Shown here: piece after piece, positions 19,868 to 20,000 of the stretch
How the letters are laid out: the number at the start of each line of letters is the position of its first letter
Position numbering within the stretch: position 1 is the first letter of the stretch
NCBI RefSeq assembly: GCF_004010195.1
Contig: NC_057752.1
Coordinates: 14,222,709 to 14,242,708, forward strand
From: Chiloscyllium plagiosum
Lineage: Eukaryota
Direction: 5' to 3'
DNA length: 20,000 bases
Notes under the pieces: generated by a model
Seen by the model: only the letters and a program-made list of their open reading frames with translations
Database searches by the model: none
What the model was told of the DNA's origin: nothing
Position numbers and translations under genes: made by a program

Positions 19868-20000
19868 GATCAGTGGTGCTGGAAGAGCACAGCAGTTCAG
19901 GCAGCATCCGAGGAGCAGCAAAATCGACGTTTCGGGCAAAAGCCCTTCATCAGGAATAAAGGCAGAGAGCCTGAAGAGTGGAGAGATAAGCTAGAGGAGG
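19868..20000 (-). mobile_element. Penelope-like element 3' terminal region (related to family A), running off the window; intact hammerhead core at 19926-19953
   Basis: CAGGCAGCATCCGAGGAGCAG homology to 12375-12395; core CUGAUGA-A-GGGC(UUUU)GCCC-GAAA-CGUC on the minus strand. Confidence 0.75.

Noticed and set aside
1..20000. CRISPR array or prokaryotic operon/defence system
   Set aside because: No regularly spaced direct repeats and no gene-dense coding; the content is typical vertebrate retroelement DNA

Overview
This window is repeat-dominated eukaryotic genomic DNA, almost certainly from a shark or other elasmobranch, judged from HE1-type V-SINEs and HER1/CR1-type LINEs with matching 3' ends. 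It looks intronic or intergenic and contains two assembly gaps (9604-10171, 14065-14823). No intact protein-coding gene is visible. Most ORF-track entries are fragments of CR1 ORF2 (reverse transcriptase), SINE pseudo-ORFs or gap-spanning artefacts. Contents: about a dozen 5'-truncated and often nested CR1 LINE copies, four HE1-like SINEs, several older tRNA-derived SINE pieces, a decayed Gypsy integrase region with PPT and 3' LTR, and one plausible 108-nt exon on the minus strand (2500-2607). The most notable signal is a set of eight minimal type-I hammerhead ribozyme cores (CUGANGA-A-stem II-GAAA-palindromic stem III-UH), plus three decayed remnants. They sit in short Penelope-like (PLE) terminal elements of at least two families and show compensatory base changes between families. 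Two loci are head-to-head inverted pairs forming long palindromes (9290-9603, 19050-19276), and one ribozyme copy is split by a SINE within about 1 nt of its predicted cleavage site. All family names are from recognition, not database searches.
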